Of a stretch of DNA of 17,940 bases, positions 1 to 10,121 are shown piece by piece. Position 1 is the first letter of the stretch, and each line of letters opens with the position of its first letter. The position numbers and the translations under genes were made by a program. This DNA is from Amoeboradix gromovi X-113 (Eukaryota > Fungi > Sanchytriomycota): the NCBI GenBank assembly GCA_018985225.1, contig JADGIF010000137.1, positions 1-17,940 of the forward strand, written 5' to 3'. Below the pieces are notes generated by a model, which ran no database searches, had not been told where the DNA came from, and worked only from the letters and a program-made list of their open reading frames with translations.

Positions 1-77
1 ATTGGTGGTAACAATGGATTTCCTTTAATCGCGCAAATTTCGGCATTGTTTGATGAAGAGCTTCGAGTAAAGCCATT
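1..77 (+). repeat. Exact 77-bp direct repeat, copy 1 (identical to 14788-14864; may extend 5' of the window)
   Basis: ATTGGTGGTAACAATGG...CGAGTAAAGCCATT matches base for base at 14788-14864, then diverges (T vs G). Confidence 0.95.
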
Positions 78-1299
78 TGCAATATTTACTGATGCCCAGC
101 AACTATGGCGTTGGTGCGGTACTAACGCAAGGTGGAGAGCCAGTTTGGCTCACATCAAGGACACTAACACCTGCAGAAGTCAAGCACGACACTCGCGAGA
201 AAGAGTGCATTGCTCTTATGTACGGTCTTGACAAATTCAAGCCATGCTTCTATGGTGGACCAGTGACTGTATTTACAGATCACGGCAATCTAGGATGGCT
301 CATGGAGCACGAGCAGAAGGGAAGGCTGCCTCGATGGCAGCTGTTCCTGCAACAGTTGGACTTCCAAGAATCGTATGTGAAGGGCAAGAACAACCCTGTA
401 GCGGACTGTCTCAGTAGAGACCTCGTTACTGATGAAAATAGTGCTACAAGAGTAGCAGCTATTGCAACTGACAAAGATTCCAATACAGACTCTAGTACTG
501 CTAGAGTAAGGAAGACAAAGGTGGAAGTGGTAATTAGCAAGCCACTAGTCTTTGAAAAGATTAACTGGAGCAAACATCAAAGGAAGCATCCTTATATAAA
601 CCAGGTACCTCAGGACATAAAAGACCCTTTTCAGTAATGAATGGACTAGTATATAGACTAGGTCTTGATAATGAGAGAACAAAGCTAGTGGTTCCCAGTC
701 ATTTGGTGCAGCTAGTGATTAGAAAAGCACATGACAGTAAGCTGGCAGCTCATGATGGCGTCCGAAAGACTTGCTACAATCTGCGAAGCTACCGGTTTCC
801 ATCTTTCAGGAAGACCGTTGAGCAGTATTGCAAACAGTGCATTGCTTGCATTAATGCCAAAGGGTTTGGTGAGAGACACAGTGAGCTATCTACAAGAGAG
901 CCACTCGATATACTAGAGCGTGTGTACATGGAATTAGTGAGACCATTACCAAATGACACCAGCAGCTATGGCAATGATGCCAGATATATACTAACAATGA
1001 TAGATGACGGCAGTCGATATCTCAAGACAGCATCCATGCGGAACTGCAAGCGTGAGAGCATAATAAAAGAGTTCAAAGAACACTGGGTAGGTACATTCGG
1101 TATGCCGCATGCTGTGGCGACCGACAACAACCAGCAATTCAAAGGCGAGTTCTCAGATACGAGCAGGGATATGGGTATATTCCAGGAGTACACAGCACCA
1201 TACTCGCCAGAGATGAATGCAGTAGAGAGAGTGCATGGCACACTGATGAACAAGCTCAGAGCATTGAGATATTTATCACAGAAGCCATGGACAGTGTAA
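70..1299 (+). pseudogene. pol: Ty3/gypsy LTR-retrotransposon pol fragment (RNase H + integrase), frameshifted and truncated
   Basis: RNase H motifs KPFAIFTDA/SNYGVGAVLTQ (extra C in GATGCCCAGC at 91-100), EKECIAL, TVFTDH and GKNNPVADCLSR. Second frame break near 620-637. Integrase zinc finger AH...AHDG...CIAC. Core VYMEL (first D replaced by E), TDNNQQF and TAPYSPEMNAVER. Visibly more GC-rich than the flanks. No RT, gag or LTR seen. Confidence 0.93.
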
Positions 1300-2168
1300 A
1301 GTATTTTGTGAGGCTGGACCCACTTCCTGGTCCTTTTCCTGGTTTGCTTGCAAGATGTCATTGTTGTTAATGCTAATGCTCATAATAAGTAGATCATTTA
1401 TTAAAGAGAATCCGGCTAGTAATACCTAGAACTGGCACTGCGTGATAACCACGTGCGAGCCCCTATGTTAACTGATTAGTTCTCCGTTCCTGTACAAAGT
1501 CTTGTGACAGGGATTCGCCCGCAGGCCTTTGTGCCTAGCACAAGAACCCTCGTGTCTGAGACATTTATAGGGTCAGAACATCCCTCAAATGTCTTGATCA
1601 CAACATTCGAGATCTTCCTTCTGGTGTTGGGAGCTAACCTTGCAATACGTATATGACTTCTCTTTCTCTTCAGCATTACACTGTCGAAACAAGTGTCTAA
1701 CGTCATTGCTTGAATATAAGCAATTTTCACCTGGTTTCGTGATGTACTCCACTTTTCCTTTCCTCTGCCCATTATCGCAACTGCGCATCGGAAAAATCAA
1801 AGTCTTGACTGTAGCAACTCTGATAAACTTGGAATTCTTTCCATTTCGCATATTACCTCTACATTAAATCCCTTTAACACCATTTTTAAATGAAAATGAA
1901 ACGGAGTGTTGTATTTATGTGCACCGGAAATGCAGAAATACAATGAAGTTAAACTAAACAAATACAGTTTATTTAAATAGTTGTCTATTTTTGTAAATCG
2001 TTGACTAGACTTCATCGGTGCACTCTATTTGACACTTGTGGTTGGATTCATGATGTAGATTTTTACAAATGTGGTGCAGCACCAACCCATGAAGAATAGT
2101 TGAGTACCATAAAGAGCATCTGGCTAAAATTATATGGCCTAGGTATTAATGTATACCAAAATGGTTTA

Positions 2169-2244
2169 CTCCTCGTTAAAAGACTTGATTTCCGAGAAAA
2201 TCGAGAATTTCCACAGAGAAACTAGCAATGCTAGATCTCCGTTG
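2169..2244 (+). repeat. 76-bp dispersed repeat, copy A (68/76 identical to 12634-12709)
   Basis: CTCCTCGTTAAAAG-N4-GATTTCCGAGAAAATCGAGAATTTCCACAGAGAAACTA...TCTCCGTTG is present at both loci with no gaps and 8 mismatches. Confidence 0.92.
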
Positions 2245-3793
2245 TTACATTATGGAATCATTATATAAAAAATGGGATCAGTTATATGAGCAGAAGCTAC
2301 TTGATTATCCCAGGCATAATCATGTCAATCTAAACACCAAGATTAAGGATATAGTGTCTAGTATAAAGTTCAGAGATGATTTTGTAGCTGGAAATCATAC
2401 CAAAGTCCCTGACACTGGTGGTAATTATCTACTTAAAGGACCAAAGGGAAGTGGCAAGTCTTATGTAATGATTGGGATAGGTACTACTGCGATGTACCAC
2501 TTTAATAATGTTTTGTATGTCTATCACGATTATGAGAAAAAAGGGTTTAAATATCCATATGAATTGATCCTACTAGCTTTAAGGAAGAGAAAATATACCT
2601 GGAAAGAATACCTGCAGTCAATGTTAAATGAGAGACTGGGAATGATTGATTACGCAGACAATGATCAGTTTGAGGATTTACTCCGTACTTTATCTAGACA
2701 AGTCACTGTTGTATTCTGTGCAGATGAGATACAAGAGTTGTATGTTGCAGATAATGACGAGACTATACGTATTGCAAGGCAATTATTGATCATTGGCAAA
2801 TCTGTTCATCTAGCAATTGTTTCAGGTTCTAGCGCACAAATTGAGCAGCTAGCTTACAGGGATCCAGAGTCAAAGTACCAACACTTCCCCAACTTGAATC
2901 GCAGCTGCTACACAACTTTTCGCATTCCAGTAGTCAGAGACAGAGAAACATTGGGAGTAATGACTGGGAAAACAGGGTTAGAACTTGAATTATTATTCAA
3001 GTCGAGTGGAGGTATACCAAGGCGGTTTCAAAATACTGAACCACGTACTATCGATTTCAATGATCCTTTAGTACTCTTGATATTCACTAATATTGCGACA
3101 CAGATGACAGATAACATGAACGTCTTTGACTATCCATCACTTTCAATTCGTTTAACAAAAGCAGAATCTTTTAAAATGCAAGACAAGGAAATCGTTTATG
3201 AGGATCCACTGTCTGGTGCGTTGTCATTGTTGGTACCAGGTGACATGGATGAATTCATAAAGTTCACCATAGCAGTCAATGAATATGATGCATATAAACT
3301 GTTGTACTTAGCAAGTAGAGTCAGATTGGATATAAATGAGAATCGTAGTTTAGAAGGAAAGATATTGAAGCTATATGCCCGCCAAAAACAATTTGTGGTG
3401 CATGATGAACCCCTGGTACTTGCCAAACTGACTGGTTTAAATGAAAAGACGATATATCAATATAACAGTGAAATAGAAATTGATGGGTTTATGTTTACTC
3501 AAAAGTTTGTTTATTTTTTTCAAATAAAGGCATTGTCAAAGTATAGACAAAGTGATTTGGTGTCACTGCTTGGAAATGCAAAGTCAAAGTTCTTTCAAGG
3601 AAAAGGTGATGTCTTGAGAGCCATTCCTAATAGTGATAACTTGAAATTGAAGGTAGTATTTATTGTAAATGCCAAAGGGCCAGTGGAGTTAGAAATGGGT
3701 GAAAACATTGAAGTGGAGATGATTGTTGGTGATGCATATAATGCAATGTTTGGATTGTTGTCGATAGATCCACTGTTATGGGAAGCTGAATAA
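2228..3793 (+). CDS. P-loop NTPase fused to a C-terminal PD-(D/E)xK-like nuclease; Crinkler/RHS (CR)-effector-like architecture
   Basis: 521-aa ORF. Walker A GPKGSGKS (from G71), Walker B VVFCADE (D166), IVSGSS strand, GGIPR motif, and C-terminal IDG...FFQIK (D419, Q432-x-K434). The true start may be the ATG at 2252, because the first ATG lies inside the 76-bp repeat. Confidence 0.75.
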   Translation: MLDLRCYIMESLYKKWDQLYEQKLLDYPRHNHVNLNTKIKDIVSSIKFRDDFVAGNHTKVPDTGGNYLLKGPKGSGKSYVMIGIGTTAMYHFNNVLYVYHDYEKKGFKYPYELILLALRKRKYTWKEYLQSMLNERLGMIDYADNDQFEDLLRTLSRQVTVVFCADEIQELYVADNDETIRIARQLLIIGKSVHLAIVSGSSAQIEQLAYRDPESKYQHFPNLNRSCYTTFRIPVVRDRETLGVMTGKTGLELELLFKSSGGIPRRFQNTEPRTIDFNDPLVLLIFTNIATQMTDNMNVFDYPSLSIRLTKAESFKMQDKEIVYEDPLSGALSLLVPGDMDEFIKFTIAVNEYDAYKLLYLASRVRLDINENRSLEGKILKLYARQKQFVVHDEPLVLAKLTGLNEKTIYQYNSEIEIDGFMFTQKFVYFFQIKALSKYRQSDLVSLLGNAKSKFFQGKGDVLRAIPNSDNLKLKVVFIVNAKGPVELEMGENIEVEMIVGDAYNAMFGLLSIDPLLWEAE

Positions 3794-4256
3794 TATGTTT
3801 CTCTGTTCCTTTGCCAAATTGATAGCATCTGTACATTGTGAAGCAACTAGTATTGGTAACATAATTGTCCATGCAACGAGAGATTCAATTTATACCTCTA
3901 TTAACTGCTATCATTTGACGAGCGAACGTTCATTTCTTCGGCACAATTTCGTAATCTGGTGTCTGAGATCTCGAAATTCTACTCTTTTGCATTTTATTCT
4001 ACTACACCTTGGGAATAAAATGCACCTAATCTCGTATTCACGGAGTAATTGGTGTAAAGCCAATCCTAGTCTCATTTTCACAGTGCTAAAGCAGAGCTGC
4101 TTATATTATTAGACCATATTAAGACATTTGTTTTAATCAACACCAAACAAGGATCAATTGATACCTATAGATTACCTCTATTCGAAATAATCAATTTTAC
4201 TTTCGAAACTTTTGAGATAGTCTAGAAATCATTGTGTGCATCCCCAATGTTACCTG

Positions 4257-4469
4257 ATGATTCCACTTCTTGTTTTAACTTTCCTTTCTCAGTTACTGAA
4301 TTCGGTCAAAACTACATGTCCAGGACATCCTGCAGTATCACAAATGGAAGATGCGTTCAAGCAAGGTGGTCTATTTTGGCCAATGATTATAAAACTTCTC
4401 GATGTGTCTGATCTTGAGAAAATGGTGAAGTTTATTGGAGATCGGTGGGACCACAATCCTCTTTTCTAA
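4257..4469 (+). CDS. Possible small secreted protein (70 aa), unknown function
   Basis: ATG at 4257 gives a hydrophobic signal-like N-terminus (MIPLLVLTFLSQLLNSVKT). No recognisable domain; could be spurious. Confidence 0.25.
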   Translation: MIPLLVLTFLSQLLNSVKTTCPGHPAVSQMEDAFKQGGLFWPMIIKLLDVSDLEKMVKFIGDRWDHNPLF

Positions 4470-4522
4470 TTCAAGTAAACTAGTTGTCAAATTATTAAGT
4501 TGTTTGATTGATGGGGTATTTT

Positions 4523-4534
4523 AGTCTAGTTTTT
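4523..4534 (-). repeat. AAAAACTAGACT motif, solo copy
   Basis: Exact AGTCTAGTTTTT on the + strand, followed by ACA as in the transposon TIR copies. Confidence 0.8.
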
Positions 4535-5920
4535 ACATTCGATAGTCAATAAAAACTTTAAAGTGGAATATCTCGAATTGGTTTTTGAAGAGTTACTCCA
4601 TTTATTATATTTGATGTCCCATTTCATTAAATTATCCATAACTAAAATAGTATAACTGGCTGCCATACTACCCAATATTGCGATGAAGAAAATGATGAAA
4701 TGCCTGAATGCTCAGAAGCGTAACGATTACCTATTTAGCGTGATACAGGATTTTGTAGTTCTATGTTAAAAAGAGGAATGAAATTAATGAAAAAATCTTG
4801 ACTGCACGATTGACAGCTTTTATGAATACCATGCTTCCTTAGCTATAGGATACAGCCTAAACACTAGCTGGTCTAGTTGTACCTTTTGATGTCTCAAACA
4901 ACTCAATCTAAAGTGGGTTGCTACTCTTGAGACATGTTGAACTTCGTAATCATTGTACTCTCTTTGACAACAGAGAAATTTGTAACAAACGACAAGACAG
5001 TCACTGGAAGTGCATCAGCAGCTCTATCTTTTTGGTGCAGTGGGAGCTCTGTCTATGTTAGTACAATAAATTGCTAGATTTAATTTTGTTACTTTATTTG
5101 AGCTTTTTCGCCTTATTCTTACTACGTTGTGCTTTAGAATCTGGAATAATTTGGAATGCTTCACAAGAAGTATACAGCAGGAATAACAATAAAAGACAAA
5201 GAATAGATATCGATCATTATATGCCCATATGCATATCAAAAAGGTAGTCAAAACTGTGATTAGCAAGCCATATCAAGCAACTGCAATATCTCATTAAATA
5301 TCGTTCATCAGTCTTATGGCTCCAATGTGATGTAGCTACGAGTCGGAATTTGAAAGTGCGTTGTGGCAATCTACAAGTCATTACACGTTAAGTAAGCAGT
5401 AGTATTAGACATGAATAGCAAATAAGACAAGCTGGTAGAGGGCTGTTGGCTGAAGCATAGGTCATTTAATATGGGGAACTTCTACAGACTAGGTCCCCTA
5501 TTTTATTAGATTTCATAGTTTTTTGTAGTCTCGTCTTCATTGATTTTGGCCTTTGTGTTTACGCTGATACAGAGATTTAAACACATACGCGTTACACCGT
5601 TATAAAACAACTTCCTATTTAGCTTCAGCTTTCTTGAAGATGTGGGCAAACTCTCAGAGAATAAGGCTAAGTAGAACAAATTATCAGCAAGCATAAACAT
5701 GAAGAACTTCTCCCATGGAGTGGTTGTGATTAAGGAGACAGCCGCAATAGACGCTTGGGGTTATTTTAGTACCGAAACATACGCACAAGTATGAAGATTA
5801 CTCCAAATAACCAGCCTATTTAAAAGCGCTGAAGCTATTTACAATAAGATTTCCATTTGATTTATTCGAGAGATATCTAATCATGTCTCCCAGTTCTTAT
5901 ATGCCCATTGCATACTTTGA

Positions 5921-7117
5921 TCAATGCCTGATGCTAGATCCGATAGTCACTGAATGGCTATTTGCTGATTTACTCAAGTTCCTATTTGTAAAAGCTTTCT
6001 TAAGTCGACTGTTACTAATTACACTATTTAGGAGAGCGATATCAATAACACATCTGACAATAATTAATACCCATTCATATGCACTGTAATTATATTTGGG
6101 GAAATGATTTATGGATACCCGTGCTAAATCTGATACACCTTCTGATTGAAGATATATTGTAGAAGTTGATTTTCTTGTACTACTCTTAGATGTGATGATG
6201 CCTCTAGTTGACGTAGTTTTTGCAGTTGAATATTTTGGTAAAACACTTGTTACTGGATTGTACAATGCATTCATAGTGCATTTTTGAAGACCTGTGTCAT
6301 TCACATGCGGTAGAAGTGGGTTGTTGGATAAATCGCAATATGTTATTGCACTCGAATCAGTAAAGATAACTTCAGTGATTAAGTTATCATTTATACAGAG
6401 TATTTTTGGTCTAAATAGTGATAAAACCCCGGAAAACTGATTAAATCTGCTTGCTATCTCAGGATAAGGATATCCAAGATATAAGTTTTCCAAAGTGTTT
6501 GGAAATGCGGGTAGGGCTCCAGAGAATAAATTGTCGTCTATGTACAAAACTGTTAATTTGCTCTGCGAGATTTCCGGAAGTTTTCCGCTTAAGAGATTTG
6601 AAGACAGAGACAAACTCTCCAAAGTGGGTGGAACTGAAGGAAAATTCCCAGTAAGTAGATTTTTGTTTAGATATGCCTCTGTCAATGCATTTGGAAGCTC
6701 AGGAATATTACCAGTCAACTTGTTATCAAACAATCGAAGTACAAGTAAATTTGGGGTCGAGATTCTTGGAATCGTACCATTCAACGAGTTTGAATTTAGC
6801 TGTAACCTTCTCAGTTTGGAAGGCAAATTATCGGGGACTGCACCGTGTATGTCGAAGTTACTGTAAAGATAGAGGTTTTGTATCTCGGAGGTGATAGCTG
6901 ATTCATTGATAAATCCATTTAGTCCTAACGCAGACCACTGGATTTCTGTCACTCGTTGATTAACGCAAGTGATTCCAGTTGAAGAACCACAGCAATCTAG
7001 CTTAATTCTGTTCATTCGTACTCGTTGCTTAATATCCATATTTAACGTTGAAGCTAGATTTATCATATCGGGACAGTCAACAGATAATGAATAAGCGATA
7101 TAAAAAAATAGAGTCAT
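5921..7117 (-). CDS. Leucine-rich-repeat receptor-like surface protein (signal peptide, Cys-rich N-cap, LRRs, Ser/Thr stalk, probable TM helix, basic tail)
   Basis: 398-aa ORF. Hydrophobic N-terminus. DC...CC...GITCVNQRVTEIQW cap. Tandem LxxLxLxxNxLxGxIP repeats. CDLSNNPL C-cap. TTSTRGIITSKSSTRKSTST stalk. Hydrophobic WVLIIVRCVIDIALLNSVI followed by K/R-rich residues. Confidence 0.92.
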   Translation of the reverse strand: MTLFFYIAYSLSVDCPDMINLASTLNMDIKQRVRMNRIKLDCCGSSTGITCVNQRVTEIQWSALGLNGFINESAITSEIQNLYLYSNFDIHGAVPDNLPSKLRRLQLNSNSLNGTIPRISTPNLLVLRLFDNKLTGNIPELPNALTEAYLNKNLLTGNFPSVPPTLESLSLSSNLLSGKLPEISQSKLTVLYIDDNLFSGALPAFPNTLENLYLGYPYPEIASRFNQFSGVLSLFRPKILCINDNLITEVIFTDSSAITYCDLSNNPLLPHVNDTGLQKCTMNALYNPVTSVLPKYSTAKTTSTRGIITSKSSTRKSTSTIYLQSEGVSDLARVSINHFPKYNYSAYEWVLIIVRCVIDIALLNSVISNSRLKKAFTNRNLSKSANSHSVTIGSSIRH

Positions 7118-7259
7118 GATTACCTGAATTATTAAGTCGCGAGACAGACTTAAGTTTAACTGAAGTGTAGTTTAATTGGACAACAAAGCCATTGGCTGGG
7201 TCTGGTGACAATGACAACTCGAGCAATTTGTGGGCTTGGAAAACTGATAGAGATTATAT

Positions 7260-7287
7260 GGGACATGCTTGTAAAAACTAGACCAGA
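7260..7287 (+). repeat. Left outer terminal inverted repeat
   Basis: GGGACATGCTTGTAAAAACTAGACCAGA; reverse complement of 12388-12416 with 1 gap and 1 mismatch. Confidence 0.9.
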
Positions 7288-7337
7288 GGTAAAAAGCGGG
7301 TGACGAGATAGAGCCAATTGAAGTTTTTTCTCGACAA

Positions 7338-7373
7338 TACTCTGTAAAAACTAGACTTGGGTTGTTTCAGGTT
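7338..7373 (+). repeat. Left inner (subterminal) inverted repeat
   Basis: TACTCTGTAAAAACTAGACTTGGGTTGTTTCAGGTT; reverse complement of 12220-12256 with 3 mismatches and 1 gap. Confidence 0.9.
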
Positions 7374-7600
7374 CTGTCCAATGAATGAATGCTATTATAA
7401 ATTTATTATTTGAAGAATCTTATTTAACATTGGGAATGAGTTCGATTTAAAGGATTTGAGGCAAACTTTGTAAAAAGTAGTGCAAACAATAAAGGTTGTT
7501 TTCCAAAACTAGAATATCATTTTTTTCTAATTCTTTACTTCTATTTATTTGTTCATCATTCATTAAATTGCTACGATAAAGAATTAAAAGATGATAGAAT

Positions 7601-7870
7601 ATGGAAATATTAAAGTTATTCTATAGAGAACAAGATATTAAAAGTGTCTCTTTTTGTGAATTCAAAGAACAATTTAATTGTTACTTGTTTTTTGATCACC
7701 CATATTTCAAAGATGCATCATGTGTAGCTCGGAAAGTATGGAGAGATGAAATTATTAGATTAATCTATATCAAGCATGAAAAAATTGATGCTGGTGAAAA
7801 CGGGTTCACTTTTCCAGAATGCGGTGAACCAAAATTGAAAGTAATTGTAATAAAGTATTTACTTAATTAA
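7601..7870 (+). CDS. Small hypothetical ORF inside the transposon (89 aa)
   Basis: ATG-started, 89 codons in very AT-rich DNA, directly followed by AATAAA. No domain recognised. Confidence 0.3.
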   Translation: MEILKLFYREQDIKSVSFCEFKEQFNCYLFFDHPYFKDASCVARKVWRDEIIRLIYIKHEKIDAGENGFTFPECGEPKLKVIVIKYLLN

Positions 7871-8273
7871 TAAAAAATAAATATAAACCACCATTACTCT
7901 GATCACAATTCAAAGAGCATTTACCAACTTTATATGTTTTACCTTCAATGATAATAAAATGCTCAAGTCCATGACCTATTTTACAACACTCGCATAACAT
8001 TTTTTATTATTGGGTAAAAAATATTTTGTCTAAACTTGATTGGTTTATAACATTTTGTTCTATTTTGGAAGGCATAAAAACTTATCTCCAACCCAATTGG
8101 CCTAAAAATGATTCTTGCAAGTAAGAACATGATTGGTCAGCTATCAAAGTAAATAGTATAAGCATCAAGTATAAAATTAAGTAAGTAGTAACTTACTTGA
8201 CTTGTAGTGGGTCTACTTTCATTCGAATTCATTTCAACTCAGAACACTATTGGAGCAAGTACGTGTAGAAAGG

Positions 8274-8280
8274 TATAAAA
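8274..8280 (+). promoter_or_regulatory. Candidate TATA box of the transposase gene
   Basis: TATAAAA ends 25 nt before an ACCATG start context at 8303-8308. Weak evidence in AT-rich DNA. Confidence 0.35.
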
Positions 8281-8305
8281 TGACGTACGAACCATCTTCT
8301 TCACC

Positions 8306-10018
8306 ATGTCAATTACAAATCCTTTTCATTCTCAAGGATCAATATTTACACAGTCACTATCACTTGCAACATTAGGCTCTACAACACAACTATTACAAGA
8401 TAACGAAGAAGAAGAGCAAATTTCTGTCTTTAACAAACCAAGATGGTTAGCAAACTGTAAAAAGTTATCATGTTGCTCTCTTGAATGTCTGCAATTAGTT
8501 CCACAAGATATTTTAGCTTCCTTCTCAGATAAAATTCAGGTCCTTACAAAACAAGAACGTGATATATTCATCAAGGGTATTCTTACAGCTTGTGAAGTAA
8601 CAAGTTTATCTGTCAATGCTAAGAAACGATTCAAGTATTCTGTTTATCCACTAGGAAAAGTATGTAGAGATGCTATGACAACCTTACTAACCATCTCACG
8701 TCAGCAATTTCAAAATATCATAAATGATCTAGAAACCTTCAAGTCTAGACATCATGGTAATAAGGGTAAGATATTTAATCATGCTTTAACTTCTCAAGAA
8801 AAAGCTTGCATCAAAGAATGGCTTTTCAACTTTGCTGAGGTCCATGGCGAACAAAGACCTGGAAGAACTTGTCGATACAAACAAACCAGGAGAACAAGAG
8901 ACATTGTTCTGCTCTGGTTGCCTTCAGACTTTACCGTTATCAAATTACACCATATCTACTTGAGCTCCGAAAATGCTATTAACACCCGATTTGAGACTTT
9001 TAGAAGGTTATATCATGATTGTGATAGCATAAGAGTAAGATCACCTAGAAGTGACATGTGTGATACATGCGCTGAATTCAAAATGAATTTATCAATAGTC
9101 GAGACAGAATCAAGTTTACTAAGTACTACAAAGGAATTCCAAGATCATTTAAGACAAGCTAAAGTAGCTAGGATAGACTATAATAACTGCAAGACAAGAA
9201 TTAGAACAACTACCCTTTCTTTTGACTATAGTCAGAATCTATGTCTCCCTCAATTGAAAGATCAACCTTCAGAACTTTACTTTCTATCATTGTTGAATAT
9301 CTCTTTACTTGGGATTCATAATGAATCAATTAGGAAACAAGTGAATTATATTTACAGAGAAGATATTGGAAAGAAAGGTAGTAATAATGTAGCAAGTATG
9401 TTAGTTGACTACATCTACAGACTTCCTGAACAAGCGAGAAGATATCTAGTTTTATTTGCAGATAATTGTGTTGGACAAAACAAGAATAATACTATTATAA
9501 AGTTACTTTGCTGGCTTTGCATTTCTGGAGTATGTGAGTCCATTCAACTTACCTTTATGATTAAAGGCAACACTAAATTTAGCCCATACAGCTGCTTTGG
9601 TCATATCAAAAAGAAATTCTATACTCAAGATGTGTACACTGTAAGTCAAATAAAAGAGGTGGTGGAATCATCTTCTACTTCTAATAGCAAGTGCATCGAA
9701 TTCCTTGGAAAGAGATTTAAAGAGTATCGTTCCAAGTTGGATACCTTTTTCAATGATGTTCCAGGTATTGCGGGCTATCAATCTTTTTCATTTAAATCCA
9801 ATACTCCTGGTAAAGTAGTGTTGAAAAGGTTAATCAATGATCCATCTGTTCTAGATACTATAATATATCTTAGAAAAGAGTGTCAGTTGAGTGTAGAGGA
9901 GTATGCATTTCAACCTGAAGTGTTAGAACCACCTTCTCTCACAGAGAGAAAGAAGAAGGATTTGGGGAAAGTTAAGAAATACATGCCTGAGAACTTGAGA
10001 GATACTTTGTTGTTGTGA
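8306..10018 (+). CDS. Sola1-type DDD transposase, probably catalytically impaired
   Basis: 570 aa. N-terminal CC..C and VCRDA..LL.IS motifs, SDMCDTC...H, LSFDYSQNL.LP (D307), ELYF, GKKGSNNVASM and LFADNCVGQNKNN (D386). FMIKGNTKFSPYSCFGHIKK stands where the family has GHTKFxPDxxFG. Confidence 0.88.
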   Translation: MSITNPFHSQGSIFTQSLSLATLGSTTQLLQDNEEEEQISVFNKPRWLANCKKLSCCSLECLQLVPQDILASFSDKIQVLTKQERDIFIKGILTACEVTSLSVNAKKRFKYSVYPLGKVCRDAMTTLLTISRQQFQNIINDLETFKSRHHGNKGKIFNHALTSQEKACIKEWLFNFAEVHGEQRPGRTCRYKQTRRTRDIVLLWLPSDFTVIKLHHIYLSSENAINTRFETFRRLYHDCDSIRVRSPRSDMCDTCAEFKMNLSIVETESSLLSTTKEFQDHLRQAKVARIDYNNCKTRIRTTTLSFDYSQNLCLPQLKDQPSELYFLSLLNISLLGIHNESIRKQVNYIYREDIGKKGSNNVASMLVDYIYRLPEQARRYLVLFADNCVGQNKNNTIIKLLCWLCISGVCESIQLTFMIKGNTKFSPYSCFGHIKKKFYTQDVYTVSQIKEVVESSSTSNSKCIEFLGKRFKEYRSKLDTFFNDVPGIAGYQSFSFKSNTPGKVVLKRLINDPSVLDTIIYLRKECQLSVEEYAFQPEVLEPPSLTERKKKDLGKVKKYMPENLRDTLLL

Positions 10019-10121
10019 AATTGAGATTGAAATTAAATAAAGGATTTTTACAATACCCTAAATATCGTACCATAGCTATATATCTTGATTTTTACCCAAA
10101 CAGGTAAAACATATTTTAAAC

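Noticed and set aside
1300-2015. Short ORFs after the integrase, including a minus-strand RKWVQPHKI resembling the GPY/F motif
   Set aside because: Wrong strand relative to pol, a weak match, and no other supporting motifs.
5024-5800. Hydrophobic minus-strand ORF fragments resembling membrane-receptor C-termini
   Set aside because: Short and interrupted, and hydrophobic translation is expected from T-rich strands. I cannot support a gene call.
7344-7370. GT...AG 27-nt mini-intron or branch-point (CTAAC) reading of the 12-mer motif
   Set aside because: The partner copy ends in CAT rather than CAG, and no motif copy interrupts a long ORF.
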